Of a stretch of 64,000 bases of DNA, positions 19,966 through 29,649 are shown one piece after another; the first letter of the stretch is position 1, and every line of letters starts with the position of its first letter. The stretch comes from Pseudomonadota bacterium (GTDB lineage: Archaea > Thermoplasmatota > SW-10-69-26 > JACQPN01 > JAJPHT01): the NCBI GenBank assembly GCA_021325135.1, contig JAJPHT010000030.1, positions 1 to 64,000 of the forward strand, in the 5' to 3' direction. The position numbers and the translations under genes are program-made. The notes below the pieces were generated by a model. That model made no database searches and had not been told where the DNA came from. It was given only the letters and a program-made list of their open reading frames with translations.

Positions 19966-20763
19966 TCACGGCGAGGGACCTCCGGGGTGGTCAAAAAGGT
20001 CACGCGGCGTCTCCTCGACCCAGGCCCACGAGCCGCCCAGGTCGATGAGCCCCTCCTCGGTGGGTCGGAACGTGATGGGCTCGCCCTGCGTCGTGTCGGT
20101 CGCGACGAGGACGAAGCCGCCCGCGGGAGTCGGTTTGACACGTCCGCCCTCCGTCTGGACGATCCAATCGAGGACCTGGCGGGCGATGGTGGGATCGAAG
20201 AGGGGGCATGCGAAGCCGTTCCAGGTCGTCCCCTGCGTCCAGCCCTCGAACACGGGGCTGGGCGTGGTGCCCTCAAGCCGGAACGCTCCGGGACGGGGCG
20301 CGTGCTCGCGTGCCTTGTGCCACCCGGGAAGGCCGACGCCTTCCTCGGGCTTGGTGTGCATGTCGCAGGGCCCGCGGGGCGCCTTGCACGTTGGGCAGGG
20401 GCGCCGCATCAGCTCGATGCACCCAGCGCAGCCGGCGCGCCAGAGTCGGAGGCTCGACCACTTCGCGCCACACACGGGGCACTCCACCCCCGTTTCTGGG
20501 GGAGCCGGTTGGAAGCTGTTCGGGCAGCTTCGGCCTCCGTGCCCATGGTGCTCGGCGAAGGTCCCATTCGCATTGACGGCTGGCCACTTGTTGCACGGAC
20601 GGCAGTGAGCGAGGGTCACGCGGACGTGATCCGCGCACCCTCGTCTCCGGCAACGGTCGATCTGGCCATCCACGCGCAGGATCGTTTGGTTGCACTCGTC
20701 GAGTTGGGTGGGCCGCCACCAGGGTGGCTTGTCGGCCCAGAAGTCGGGCGGGTCCTTGCTCAA
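19966..20763 (-). CDS. Multi-Zn-finger hypothetical protein
   Basis: CRPC, CPVC, CAGC, CPTC plus C-terminal GTTWNGFACPLF; TTGA overlap. Confidence 0.65.
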   Translation of the reverse strand: MSKDPPDFWADKPPWWRPTQLDECNQTILRVDGQIDRCRRRGCADHVRVTLAHCRPCNKWPAVNANGTFAEHHGHGGRSCPNSFQPAPPETGVECPVCGAKWSSLRLWRAGCAGCIELMRRPCPTCKAPRGPCDMHTKPEEGVGLPGWHKAREHAPRPGAFRLEGTTPSPVFEGWTQGTTWNGFACPLFDPTIARQVLDWIVQTEGGRVKPTPAGGFVLVATDTTQGEPITFRPTEEGLIDLGGSWAWVEETPRDLFDHPGGPSP

Positions 20764-21119
20764 TTGGCGTCCCCCGCTGTGGGCTTCGGATACGGGGTGA
20801 CCGTGACGAGGAGGCAGGCGTCGCCGAGGGTGACGACGAGGCGGGCGCCACGCGCGTCGCGGATGCTCAGGCCGAGGTTGGCGCCCTCGACGGTGAGCTC
20901 CCGCGTGGCTTCGAGTTCTTTCTCGATGAACGCGGCGAGGGTGAGCGCGTGGCCATTGGGCTTCGCGGCACTGTGGGCGGCCAGAGCTGCCTCGGCAGCC
21001 GCCCAAACCTCTTGGCTTCCCGGATCGTCCGTGGGCTCGCCGCCCTCAAGACGCATGAGCGCCTCCAACGCGGTGGCGAGATCGTCGGCGCTGTTGGCTG
21101 GTTGGTCGTGGTGTGTCAT
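20760..21119 (-). CDS. Hypothetical protein
   Basis: Motif 16 nt upstream of MTHHDQ. Confidence 0.65.
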   Translation of the reverse strand: MTHHDQPANSADDLATALEALMRLEGGEPTDDPGSQEVWAAAEAALAAHSAAKPNGHALTLAAFIEKELEATRELTVEGANLGLSIRDARGARLVVTLGDACLLVTVTPYPKPTAGDAN

Positions 21120-21261
21120 TTTCGGCATTCGGAGACTTGGTTCAACGGTTGGAGGGATCGATCCCTTGGGCTGGGGTCGTGAGGCTCTCAGCGTATCCTT
21201 GGACGGAGTGCCGCTGTCGTGCTCGCCACGCGAGCCTTCCGGGCGCGAGGGTCCGGGGTTT

Positions 21262-21710
21262 TCAGACGGCTGCTTCCCAACGAAGTTTGGTCTGAATGGG
21301 CGCGTGGTGGCCGCGGCGGCGCCCGGGACGGTTCCAGGAACCGCCTCCTGCCTCGCCCGCCGAGGTGAACCCCGCCCCTCGGAGGCTAGCGCCCCCCTCC
21401 TCGGGGAGCGTGTAGGTCACCAGCTTGGAGGCTCCCATGGCGCCGGCCACCTGGCGGGCCCGGGCCAGGAGGAACGAGCACGCTCCTGGCGTGCCGTCCG
21501 TGGCCAGGCGCGTGACCTCCAAGGCGCCCTCGCGCTGGAGCATGCGGCTCACGGGCCGCCCGACCAAGGCCACGCCTACGAGCTGCGAGGCCTCGTTGAT
21601 CACGCCCAAGACGGCGCGGGCGCCCCGGCATGGCGGGTGGTGCCGGTGGTGTTGCTGGATGAAGAGGTTCGCCTCCCGCAGCGTCGTGATCCGGGCCCGG
21701 AGGCGGGCAC
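21262..21710 (-). CDS. Mom-like GNAT DNA-modification protein (XF1762 family); 5' end apparently frameshifted
   Basis: TLREANLFIQQHHRHH ... GVALVGRPVSRML..LEVTRLATDG..ACSFL ... LVTYTL.EE.GASLRGAGF. Confidence 0.8.
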
Positions 21711-21727
21711 TCCCTCGCGATGGGCTG

Positions 21728-21958
21728 TCAGAAGCCAGGGGTCGGCACCCCCGAGGCGGTCGCGTCCTTCAGCCAATAGACACGGGCTTCGCCCGGGTAC
21801 TTCCAGCCTGGGAGAGAGCAGCCCACGATGGTGCGGTCTCTGGTTTCCCAGACTGTGTAATCCGGGGCGTTGTGGCATGGGCTGACATCCTGCGGCCCGA
21901 TGCACGCGAAGAACTGGTCCCTTGTGACCTCGACCAGCCCCTCTCGCGGCGGGCTCAC
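21728..21958 (-). CDS. Hypothetical protein
   Basis: 76 aa, GTG start with upstream GGAGG. Confidence 0.55.
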   Translation of the reverse strand: MSPPREGLVEVTRDQFFACIGPQDVSPCHNAPDYTVWETRDRTIVGCSLPGWKYPGEARVYWLKDATASGVPTPGF

Positions 21959-22300
21959 GACGACCCCTCCGGGCGCGATGGAAGGATCTCTCCGCGAAGG
22001 GGGCTCAGGCCGCGAGTGTCAATGGTCAATTCGGCGGGAACCACCATTTCATCGGCCCCCGTCGCGCCCGCCGCGCCTGCCGGTTTTGCGCACGTCGAGC
22101 GCGATCTCGCGCAACACGACCTCAGAGAGCATCACGGCGCGCACCCTTGCTCCCATCGCTCAGCACCTCGCGTGCTTGTTATGGCGAGCAGCAGTCGTTG
22201 GCGAATCGCAGTTGAGAACGATGACGGACGTGGTCATGGTCGTTGGAGACTGGTCGTTGGTTCAATGCTCATGGAGCACCAAGGAGGGGCGCTTGGATCG

Positions 22301-22714
22301 TCACGCGGTTTCGGCAAGCATCGGCGCGGCCTCGTCGCATGTCAAGAGCAGCTCCAAGGCTTGTTGGGCGGCGTCGCAGGCCATGCCCTCCCACCCGGCG
22401 TCGTGAAGGACCTCGCGGAGGTTTTCGGCGAGGCCTTGGAGCGTCGTGCGGACAACACGGTCGAGATAGTCGTTGTTCGGTTCGCCCTCTTCTGGAGGCG
22501 TCGCGTTCTCTTCGATGTGGGCCATGGCCTCCTCGCGGACCATGGCTGCGAACGACGCGACCTCCCGCCTCCGGGGGATGCCGCCTTCTTCGAGGGTGAG
22601 GTAGGTGGTGGTGAAGCGGGGCCAGCGGCCCATCATGTACGCGGCGTTGAGATCTCCCGCGCGAAGGAGAGGGTCCTTCTTCGGTCTGGTCGTTTTCTTC
22701 TTGGGTCGGCTCAT
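22301..22714 (-). CDS. Hypothetical protein (basic N-terminus)
   Basis: Motif 17 nt upstream. Confidence 0.7.
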   Translation of the reverse strand: MSRPKKKTTRPKKDPLLRAGDLNAAYMMGRWPRFTTTYLTLEEGGIPRRREVASFAAMVREEAMAHIEENATPPEEGEPNNDYLDRVVRTTLQGLAENLREVLHDAGWEGMACDAAQQALELLLTCDEAAPMLAETA

Positions 22715-22753
22715 CGAGGTTCAGCCAGGGACTTCGTTCACGCGGCCATCGAT

Positions 22754-23383
22754 TCAGCCCAGCCGGATGCGCGCGTTGGCGTTGTTGAGACGGAGGGCCT
22801 GTGCGAGGCTATTGGCGAGGGGTTTGGCGAGCCAGGCTGGATCACTCCAGGCTCGGGCATCGCGGTAGGACAAGAGGTGTTCGTCCCGGGCGTACCAGAT
22901 GAGGACGCCTTCGGGCGTCCAGAAGCTGGCAACCTCTCCGTGCTCACGGAGCGGGGCCGGGAGTTCGAAGACGCTTGGACCGACACGGATGCCTTGGGAC
23001 GGCCGTTGGACTTGTTGGAGGGTCAGATCCAGAAGCCAGTGATCCTCGACTTGGACCACAAGATGGCCGTCCCAGCGCCCGTCTGGCACTCGGCCTGCTC
23101 CCCCAACGCGCACGATGGTCCCGCCGCCGAGCACGGCAAGATCCTCTCGCCCTGCAACGAGGTGCGCGGCAGCCGGCGGGGTTGCGACGCGCAAGCGGAC
23201 CGGGACAACATCCGCCTTGAGGCCTATCTTGCGCAAGGTGTCCCGGGCCACCCGGCTGTAGGCGATGCAACTGGGATCATGGTGCGTGTCGGGGTACAGG
23301 GCGCCGAATGTCGTGTCCACGCTGTTCACCAGGATCGCGCATGCGAGTCGCGCGCGTCGGGCGCGCGCCTTCGCGCTCAGCAC
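22754..23383 (-). CDS. Hypothetical protein (possible Cys/His/Asp transglutaminase-like core)
   Basis: GTG start overlapping the MTase stop; SCIAYS ... GHLVV....WLLD. Confidence 0.55.
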   Translation of the reverse strand: MLSAKARARRARLACAILVNSVDTTFGALYPDTHHDPSCIAYSRVARDTLRKIGLKADVVPVRLRVATPPAAAHLVAGREDLAVLGGGTIVRVGGAGRVPDGRWDGHLVVQVEDHWLLDLTLQQVQRPSQGIRVGPSVFELPAPLREHGEVASFWTPEGVLIWYARDEHLLSYRDARAWSDPAWLAKPLANSLAQALRLNNANARIRLG

Positions 23384-24771
23384 AGGCTCCCCTCGGTATC
23401 CATGGGGAGGCGCCGCAGGAGCGTGGTCGTGAGGCTGTAGTAGCCGCCTTCGAGGCGTGGCGCGTGGGCACGGACCCACGCGTCGGCGCCGCGTGAGTTG
23501 AGGTGGGCTTCGAGCTCGTCGAGAGTCGCCGTCTTGGCGCTGACGATGCTGAGGTTGTGGTTGATGGGCAAGACGCCCTCGGGGATGCGGACGGGCTTGA
23601 GCGTCTTGGCGATCCTGGGCACGATGAGACGGGGCTCGTCGAGCGGCCAGTCGTGCCACGATTCGGGCGGCAACCAGCGCGGCGTGCGGCGGCCGCGGGG
23701 AGCCATGAGCGGGAGAAGGCGGTCCAGGTGCGCCATCACGTTCGCGTCCGGCTCAGCGTCGGGTCGGGTGCGGATGGCGTAGCGGCGCAGCTCGTGAAGG
23801 ACGCCGCCCTTGATCTCCTCTGTGTCCACCACGGGGACCAACACGTCGCACGGAAGGCTCTCGGCGGTGGTGGAGTTCACGACGAAGATGCCTTTCCCGC
23901 CCAGCCAGGGCGCGAGCCGGACTTCCGCGACGTCCCCCAGAAGCGGCCCTTCCACTCGGGCGGGGGCGCCGCCGTCGGGGAAGATGGGCTCCGCCCCGAG
24001 CGGTGTTGAGCCTGGCGAGGGCGTGCGGAGCACGACGGCGACAGGATGGATGCGCGGGGGCGTGCCGGCCTTGCGCTGCTTGGGCCGATAGAAGCTGGTC
24101 GCGGGATCGAGCCGCTCGTGGTGGTGAAGGCCGAAGCGGCGCCCCAACACCTCGCGCAGGGTGGCCGCGTTCTTGTTGAAGAGCCAGCGGTCGGCAGTGA
24201 CGAAGCCGACCTCGCCTCCGGGCCGCAGGACGCGGGCGCAGCGGTCCAGGAAGCTGTGGAGCAGGTCCGCCCGCGCGTGGGCGGGAACGACGGCCTCGTA
24301 CTCGACGCGCAGGAGCGTGGGCACGTTGGCGTAGCGCAGGTAGGGCGGGTTGCCGGCGACGACGTCGTAGGCGGGTACCTCGGGGCCTTCGGTGAGGAAG
24401 TCAGCCGTGTGGATGATGCGGCGCGCGGCGTGGGCGGCCTCGGGCCACGTCCAGCCGTGCTCGACGAGCAGGTTGGCCGTGCGCGTTCCCGCCTCTTGCG
24501 CCGCGCCGGGGTGCACTTCCCAGGCTTCGAGGCGGGCGTGGAGCGCTTCCGTGTCGAGGCCGGGCTCGACTTTCAGGAGGCGGGTGAGGGCGGCCAGGAG
24601 GAAGGCGCCGTCCCCGCAGCTGGGCTCCAGGAGGCGCCTGGTTCCGTGGGGCCAGGTGAGGTGGTCGAGAAGCTCGTCAACGACGGGTTCGCGGGTGTAG
24701 ATGGCGGTGGCGGCGTGAAGTTCTTCGGTCGCCGCGAATCGGGAACGCTGGACTTGGGGTTCGAGTTGCAT
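23377..24771 (-). CDS. Orphan gamma-class N6-adenine DNA methyltransferase (TaqI/Eco57I-like)
   Basis: IYT, LLEPSCGDGAFL, DFL, VVAGNPPY, ADL..SFL; motif 19 nt upstream. Confidence 0.9.
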   Translation of the reverse strand: MQLEPQVQRSRFAATEELHAATAIYTREPVVDELLDHLTWPHGTRRLLEPSCGDGAFLLAALTRLLKVEPGLDTEALHARLEAWEVHPGAAQEAGTRTANLLVEHGWTWPEAAHAARRIIHTADFLTEGPEVPAYDVVAGNPPYLRYANVPTLLRVEYEAVVPAHARADLLHSFLDRCARVLRPGGEVGFVTADRWLFNKNAATLREVLGRRFGLHHHERLDPATSFYRPKQRKAGTPPRIHPVAVVLRTPSPGSTPLGAEPIFPDGGAPARVEGPLLGDVAEVRLAPWLGGKGIFVVNSTTAESLPCDVLVPVVDTEEIKGGVLHELRRYAIRTRPDAEPDANVMAHLDRLLPLMAPRGRRTPRWLPPESWHDWPLDEPRLIVPRIAKTLKPVRIPEGVLPINHNLSIVSAKTATLDELEAHLNSRGADAWVRAHAPRLEGGYYSLTTTLLRRLPMDTEGSLC

Positions 24772-24833
24772 GTTCGCGTGGAAAAGCGGGCTTCGTCCAG
24801 GACGCGGAATCCGTCCTTGGATTGGGGCGGAGC

Positions 24834-25343
24834 TTAACGGGAGGCGCGCTGGCGCTCTTCGCGGAACGTGGCGTACACGCGTGCGAACGTCGCGGCGCCG
24901 AAGGAGGTGCCCGTATCGTGGCACCAGGCCAGGAAGCTGACGATCTCGTCGTGCTGGACCTCGGTCAGGTGCTCCTCGATGTAGAACATGAGTTCGGCGG
25001 GATCGAAGCTGCCCGCCGTCCTGATGGCATCGCGCATCAGGGACACCGCGAGGGAGTCCTTTCGGAGGTCGTATGCGCCGGTGGCGCGCTTCCGGGCCTT
25101 GTCGATCCAGTCTCGCGACGGGGCCCCGTCAGCCGCCGAGGGCGGCAGGCCGTACTCGAGCTCGGGCACCTTGGCGCTGGGCCGGGGCGTGGCCTTGGCG
25201 GAGACGGCGGCTTCCAGCTTCTCGAGGAGCTCACGCGCCTCTTGGATCTCCTGGCGTTGGGTGGCAGAGGCGCGCGTCCGCGGGAGGCTGGCTTCGAGGG
25301 CGTCGAGGGCCCTCTTGAGCGTGTTGAGAACCTTGGTTGTCAT
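24834..25343 (-). CDS. Hypothetical protein
   Basis: MTTKVLNTL...; motif variant 26 nt upstream. Confidence 0.65.
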   Translation of the reverse strand: MTTKVLNTLKRALDALEASLPRTRASATQRQEIQEARELLEKLEAAVSAKATPRPSAKVPELEYGLPPSAADGAPSRDWIDKARKRATGAYDLRKDSLAVSLMRDAIRTAGSFDPAELMFYIEEHLTEVQHDEIVSFLAWCHDTGTSFGAATFARVYATFREERQRASR

Positions 25344-25404
25344 GATGATCGACCAATGTCGAGAAAGGACTTCGTGCAATCGTGGCTCGAGAAGGCGCCT
25401 CTGA

Positions 25405-25923
25405 TCAGCTGGCGGGTTGCTTGGGCCACGCGCCGTGGTACTCGGAAGGCGCGTAGTTCGGTCCGCCCGACCAGGGCCGGTCCTTGACAAGGCACCACGA
25501 TTCGAGGTGCTTGTCGCTGTGGACGAAGGCAGCCGCGTCCTGCGGGTCCTTGAAGGGCCCCCAGGAGCACTCGTCGTTGGGGTTCCAGACGAACGCTTCC
25601 TCGACGTCCTCTTCGTGGCCGTGGGTCGTGCAGTCATCGGGGTCCTCGCCGGGCGCGCCGGTCAGGATGCAGGTGGGTGGCTCCTCATCTCCGTCGGTGA
25701 GCAGGAAGCCGGGATCGCTTCCCTGCTTTTCCAGGAGAAGGGCCATTCGGCGCGGCGTGACCTCCTCTTGGAGGATCGTCGTGAAGCTGCCGCTGGCGTC
25801 TCCCGCCGTGATCTGCTCGTGCAACTCAGCCAGCGTTTCAGGGTCGGCGGGCTCGTTACGCGTGAGGACCTCGACGTGTAGGATGGTGCGGTAGAACTTG
25901 GCAGGCGCAGTGGATTCGGTCAT
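25405..25923 (-). CDS. Hypothetical acidic protein
   Basis: Motif 18 nt upstream; FYRT...VEVL...QGSDPGF. Confidence 0.7.
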   Translation of the reverse strand: MTESTAPAKFYRTILHVEVLTRNEPADPETLAELHEQITAGDASGSFTTILQEEVTPRRMALLLEKQGSDPGFLLTDGDEEPPTCILTGAPGEDPDDCTTHGHEEDVEEAFVWNPNDECSWGPFKDPQDAAAFVHSDKHLESWCLVKDRPWSGGPNYAPSEYHGAWPKQPAS

Positions 25924-25971
25924 CTCATCTCGTTGGGTGGGCTTCGTCCAGTGCGTGCCGCGGCGGCACGA

Positions 25972-27717
25972 TCAGGCTGATTCGGTGTGCGTGGACGTGG
26001 GCGCGCCCGGGGTGGGGCTTGGCCCGGGCTCTGGGCGGAGCTGATCCTTGTGCTCCCAGACGAAGTCGCGTCCGCGCCGGGCGAAGTCCGATGCCCGGTC
26101 ACGATTCAGCGTCAGGCGGAGGGTCCGACCCGAGCCGGCGAGGGCGAAGGAGATGCCCTCTGCGGACTTCGAGAACCCAACGCTGATCCCCTCGTCGAGC
26201 TGGAGCGAGTAGTCGCCTTGGGATTCGGCCACCGAATGCAGCCCCAGCTCCTTCGAGAGGGCGCGGAAGAGTTCGAAGGCCTTCTTCCAGGGGAGCAGGA
26301 GTTCGACACAGCGGTCATCATCCTGTGCGTGGAAGGTCATGCCCTCCGTCGTGGCTTGGGCCTCCAGCGTCCCGCCTGCCACGGCCGTGAAGACGCCCGT
26401 GCCCCCCTTCTTCCGGCGGGGAGGGGCCTTGCTGGCGCGGGTGGCCAAGAGCTTGGCGATGGTCTCGCGCTGCTCGGGCGTCATCGCGGCTGGCTTGACG
26501 TGCTCGCGGATCTCCGCGTAGGGAACCATCGGTTCCCAGGTGCCAGCGTCCAGGAAGCAGCACTTGAGCGTCGTGGGGTTGACGCGTAGGACGATGAGCC
26601 AGCGCGCGCCCGCGCCGTGGCTCCACCGGATGAGGTCGCCCACGGTGAAGTCGGCGCGCGAGAAGCGGATGCCACCGGCCTCCTCGATGCGCTTCGTCCA
26701 ATACGCTATGGCTTGCGAATACTCCTCCTGGCGGGCCAGGGCGTTGGCGCGCCAGGCCCTGACGTTGTGAGGGTCGAGGCCGTGGCGGGCGGCGTAGGCG
26801 TCGAGATCCTCTCCCGTGGACGTGAGGCTGGCCCTGACCTTGCGCAGGTTCGTCTCGGCCTCCTTGAGGCGGCGCTGCATGTAGCCGATGTCCTCTTGCT
26901 CCTCGACGCGGCCCAGGGCTCCTTCGGCCCGGTGGGCGAAGTCCTTGGCTTCCCGCTCAAGGTCCAAGGCTTTGAACGCGGCGTCGTGGGACTTCTTCTG
27001 GTCGCGCTCGTGGCGCCGTTGGGAGTGGTGGCCTTTGAGGACGGGCTGACCCGGGGGAATGGAGCGGACGGCCTCGTCGCTGCGCCGCCAAGACGCGGCG
27101 GCTTGCGCCTCGCGCTTCTGGCTGAGATCCTCAAGGCGCTCGGCGCGGGCGAGGCTGCGCTCGTTCTTGCCTTCGATGCGCTCTTCGTACGACTCGGGCG
27201 TGGTCGTCTGGAGCGCGTGCAGGATGCGGTCCGTGGGGTCGTCCCAGAAGCTGAAGGCGCCGCGCCACTTCTTGGCCTTCAAGGCGTAGAGCATGCCGTG
27301 CCACTTCGGTGGCGCGGTGACCTCCCACACGTCGCGGGGCGCCTTGCCCGGCTTGGAAGGCTTCGTGACCGTCTTGAGGACGCGGATGCCGGCCAAGAGC
27401 AAGGCGTCCGGGTCCGGGCGTGGCACGCTGGTAGAGGCGTGGAGGGTGCGGGCGGCGAGGGCGGCGTCGTGCTCGCCCAAGGCGTCGGCCTCGCGGATGA
27501 GCGTGAGGTGGGCCTGCATGAAGGGCTCCATGCGTGCGGCGCGGATCGCGAAGCCCGCGCCGTGGGGCTCGGCCGCCGCGCGCAAGGCGCTGCAACCGAC
27601 GCACTCGCCTGGCGAGAGGCCCAGGATCTGCATGTCGCGCGCCGTCAATGCCACCAGGGGCATCGACAGTTTCTCGGTCGCTTGCGCACCATCATCGGGT
27701 TGGTCGGAATTATTCAT
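25972..27717 (-). CDS. DUF3560 domain protein with N- and C-terminal extensions
   Basis: IPPGQPVLKGHHSQRRHERD signature and a downstream SH3-like FTVGDLI...W..VLRVN..T; motif 17 nt upstream. Confidence 0.85.
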   Translation of the reverse strand: MNNSDQPDDGAQATEKLSMPLVALTARDMQILGLSPGECVGCSALRAAAEPHGAGFAIRAARMEPFMQAHLTLIREADALGEHDAALAARTLHASTSVPRPDPDALLLAGIRVLKTVTKPSKPGKAPRDVWEVTAPPKWHGMLYALKAKKWRGAFSFWDDPTDRILHALQTTTPESYEERIEGKNERSLARAERLEDLSQKREAQAAASWRRSDEAVRSIPPGQPVLKGHHSQRRHERDQKKSHDAAFKALDLEREAKDFAHRAEGALGRVEEQEDIGYMQRRLKEAETNLRKVRASLTSTGEDLDAYAARHGLDPHNVRAWRANALARQEEYSQAIAYWTKRIEEAGGIRFSRADFTVGDLIRWSHGAGARWLIVLRVNPTTLKCCFLDAGTWEPMVPYAEIREHVKPAAMTPEQRETIAKLLATRASKAPPRRKKGGTGVFTAVAGGTLEAQATTEGMTFHAQDDDRCVELLLPWKKAFELFRALSKELGLHSVAESQGDYSLQLDEGISVGFSKSAEGISFALAGSGRTLRLTLNRDRASDFARRGRDFVWEHKDQLRPEPGPSPTPGAPTSTHTESA

Positions 27718-27769
27718 GGCTGTGGTCTGTGGGGCTTGGTTCAACGCGCGGCGATGAAGCGCGACCTGG

Positions 27770-28603
27770 TCAGTCGCCCTTCAGGATCTGGCCGTCTGCG
27801 CCGACGACGAGGAGACCGGAGCGAGGGCCTGTGGTGAAGTTCCGTTGGGCCTTCATGTCGGGGAAGGCGACCGTCCGCGCCCGACGCTTCTTCGGGGCGA
27901 TGAGGAGGCCAGGCGCGGTGATGGCTTCTGGGGCCACGGCGGTGGGCGGGAAGACCAGTCGGACGTTGCGCAAGAGGCGGTGGCCCTTCTTGGTGATCCG
28001 CGCGACGCAGATCATGTCGAAGCCTTCCTTCTCGGCCGGGCCTGCCGGGTGTCTTCGGACGCTCATCCACCAGTAGGCCGGCTCGGCCCTGAAGTCGCCG
28101 GGGTCTCGGCGAGAGCCGCGCGACCCGCCGCCCGTGAGTTCGTAGCGCCTTCCATCGACGACGAGGGCGCAGGCGTGGTGGAGTCGGGGCGCTTCGCGGC
28201 CCAGCCAGACACGCGTGCCGTACTGGGTGCCCTCGGCCTCGGGAAAGTGGACCCAGGCGTAGTGCGTGCAGTCGTCCCAGGGCGCTTGGCATTCCGGCCC
28301 ATGCGCGTCCCGCCACGAGTGGCCGTAGTGGACGAACCAGACGCCCTCGTCCCATGCGTACGCGTAGTCCGTGACCGACGAATCGTCCCAAGGCCACGGC
28401 CAGCCCTGGACGGGAGCGGCCGCGTCCTCGCGCGTTTCGATGAGCTTGTTGACGGCGTCCCGGTAGTCGGCTTCGCAGGCGGCGTCGAGAATGCTCGCCC
28501 AGCCCTGCTCACGCATGGATGTGGGGCTACCCTTCCAAGCGATGCTGCCGAGCCACTCGGCGTCCTTGCCGCGGCCAACGTAGAAGTCTGCTCGTACACC
28601 CAA
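27770..28603 (-). CDS. Hypothetical protein
   Basis: TTG start MGVRADFYVGRG..AEWLGSIAW; GWPWPW.DS..TDYAY. Confidence 0.7.
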   Translation of the reverse strand: MGVRADFYVGRGKDAEWLGSIAWKGSPTSMREQGWASILDAACEADYRDAVNKLIETREDAAAPVQGWPWPWDDSSVTDYAYAWDEGVWFVHYGHSWRDAHGPECQAPWDDCTHYAWVHFPEAEGTQYGTRVWLGREAPRLHHACALVVDGRRYELTGGGSRGSRRDPGDFRAEPAYWWMSVRRHPAGPAEKEGFDMICVARITKKGHRLLRNVRLVFPPTAVAPEAITAPGLLIAPKKRRARTVAFPDMKAQRNFTTGPRSGLLVVGADGQILKGD

Positions 28604-28614
28604 GCGAGCCACCC

Positions 28615-29421
28615 CTACTGTGGAACCCTCGCGCGAGCATTCGCCTCCACGAGCTCCGTCCGGCAGACTGGGCAGCGACGCTCGCCCGTGATGAGGGCTG
28701 GCTCGCGGCCGTCCCTCTCCGCGAAGTGCTCCGGATCCTTGGGGCAGACCAGGCCGTGAGCCCCGCCATTCGTCCGCCGTCCAGATTCGCCCGGGTGCCG
28801 CGGAAGGGCTTTGTCGCGGGCGTCGTGGTGCCAGATGCGTCCATCGTGCTCGCGGACCTGGCCCGCCTTGAGGGTGCAGGTGCAAGCTGATTTGGCCGGC
28901 TTCCACTTGCGTTCGAGGCGATCACGGCGTCGGAGCTTCGCGTATTCGCCGCGGCTGAGCTTGAAGTGCTGGCCCGCGCCGCCCAGGCCGATCGTGATGA
29001 AGTTCTGGCAGCACACCGTCCCGTCGGGATTGTGGTAGACGAGCGTGGTCAGGACGGGCTCGAAGCGCCGCGCAGGGAACTCGGAGACGTTCCCCAACCG
29101 GCGTGCGGGAGGAAGCGTCGGGAGCCACTGCATGGGCAATGGCGACCGGCTCACGCACGAAACCATGCTGAAGGGCAGGAGATACTCGTGCGCGTCGCGG
29201 ACCTCGCCGACCTTCGTCTTCCGGCCAGTCGGCTTGTACGTCGTCGCGTCGTACTCGTCTTCCTCGACGATGAGGAAGATTTGCGGGAACTGGTCGCCTT
29301 CGAACTGGAAGATGTCGCCTTCCTTGATGTCCGCCAGGGCGATGGGCTTGCCTTTGCGCTTCTGGAGCTTCAGCCAGACGCGCCTGATCTCGTCGCGGTT
29401 GAGGAGTTTGGGACCAAACAT
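28615..29421 (-). CDS. Hypothetical protein with C-terminal Zn ribbon
   Basis: Motif 18 nt upstream; CPKDPEH...CPVC. Confidence 0.7.
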   Translation of the reverse strand: MFGPKLLNRDEIRRVWLKLQKRKGKPIALADIKEGDIFQFEGDQFPQIFLIVEEDEYDATTYKPTGRKTKVGEVRDAHEYLLPFSMVSCVSRSPLPMQWLPTLPPARRLGNVSEFPARRFEPVLTTLVYHNPDGTVCCQNFITIGLGGAGQHFKLSRGEYAKLRRRDRLERKWKPAKSACTCTLKAGQVREHDGRIWHHDARDKALPRHPGESGRRTNGGAHGLVCPKDPEHFAERDGREPALITGERRCPVCRTELVEANARARVPQ

Positions 29422-29460
29422 GGTGGATCGAATCGAGGGCTTCGTGCAACGGAGCCTGAC

Positions 29461-29649
29461 CTATCGCAACAGGTGGCGCAGATGGGGCGGGGCACCCTCA
29501 GGATCGCCTTGGTAGGCGTAGAGCGCGTTGAGGTCGTAGCGATCCAGCTCTTCGATTTCGCAGGCCAGGCAAGTCCACATGCCCAAGCGGTAGGTCATGG
29601 GGAAGCGGTGTTTGAGGCACACGTCGTCGCCGCGCGTGAGTCTGCTCAT
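29461..29649 (-). CDS. Small Zn-finger protein
   Basis: CLKH...CLAC; ATGA-coupled to the C5-MTase. Confidence 0.55.
   Translation of the reverse strand: MSRLTRGDDVCLKHRFPMTYRLGMWTCLACEIEELDRYDLNALYAYQGDPEGAPPHLRHLLR

Noticed and set aside
26692-26700. Exact core CTTCGTCCA inside the DUF3560 gene (also opposite-orientation TGGACGAAG near 25520 and 41791)
   Set aside because: Lies in coding sequence (Trp-Thr-Lys codons) with no start at the expected distance; treated as chance and not counted.
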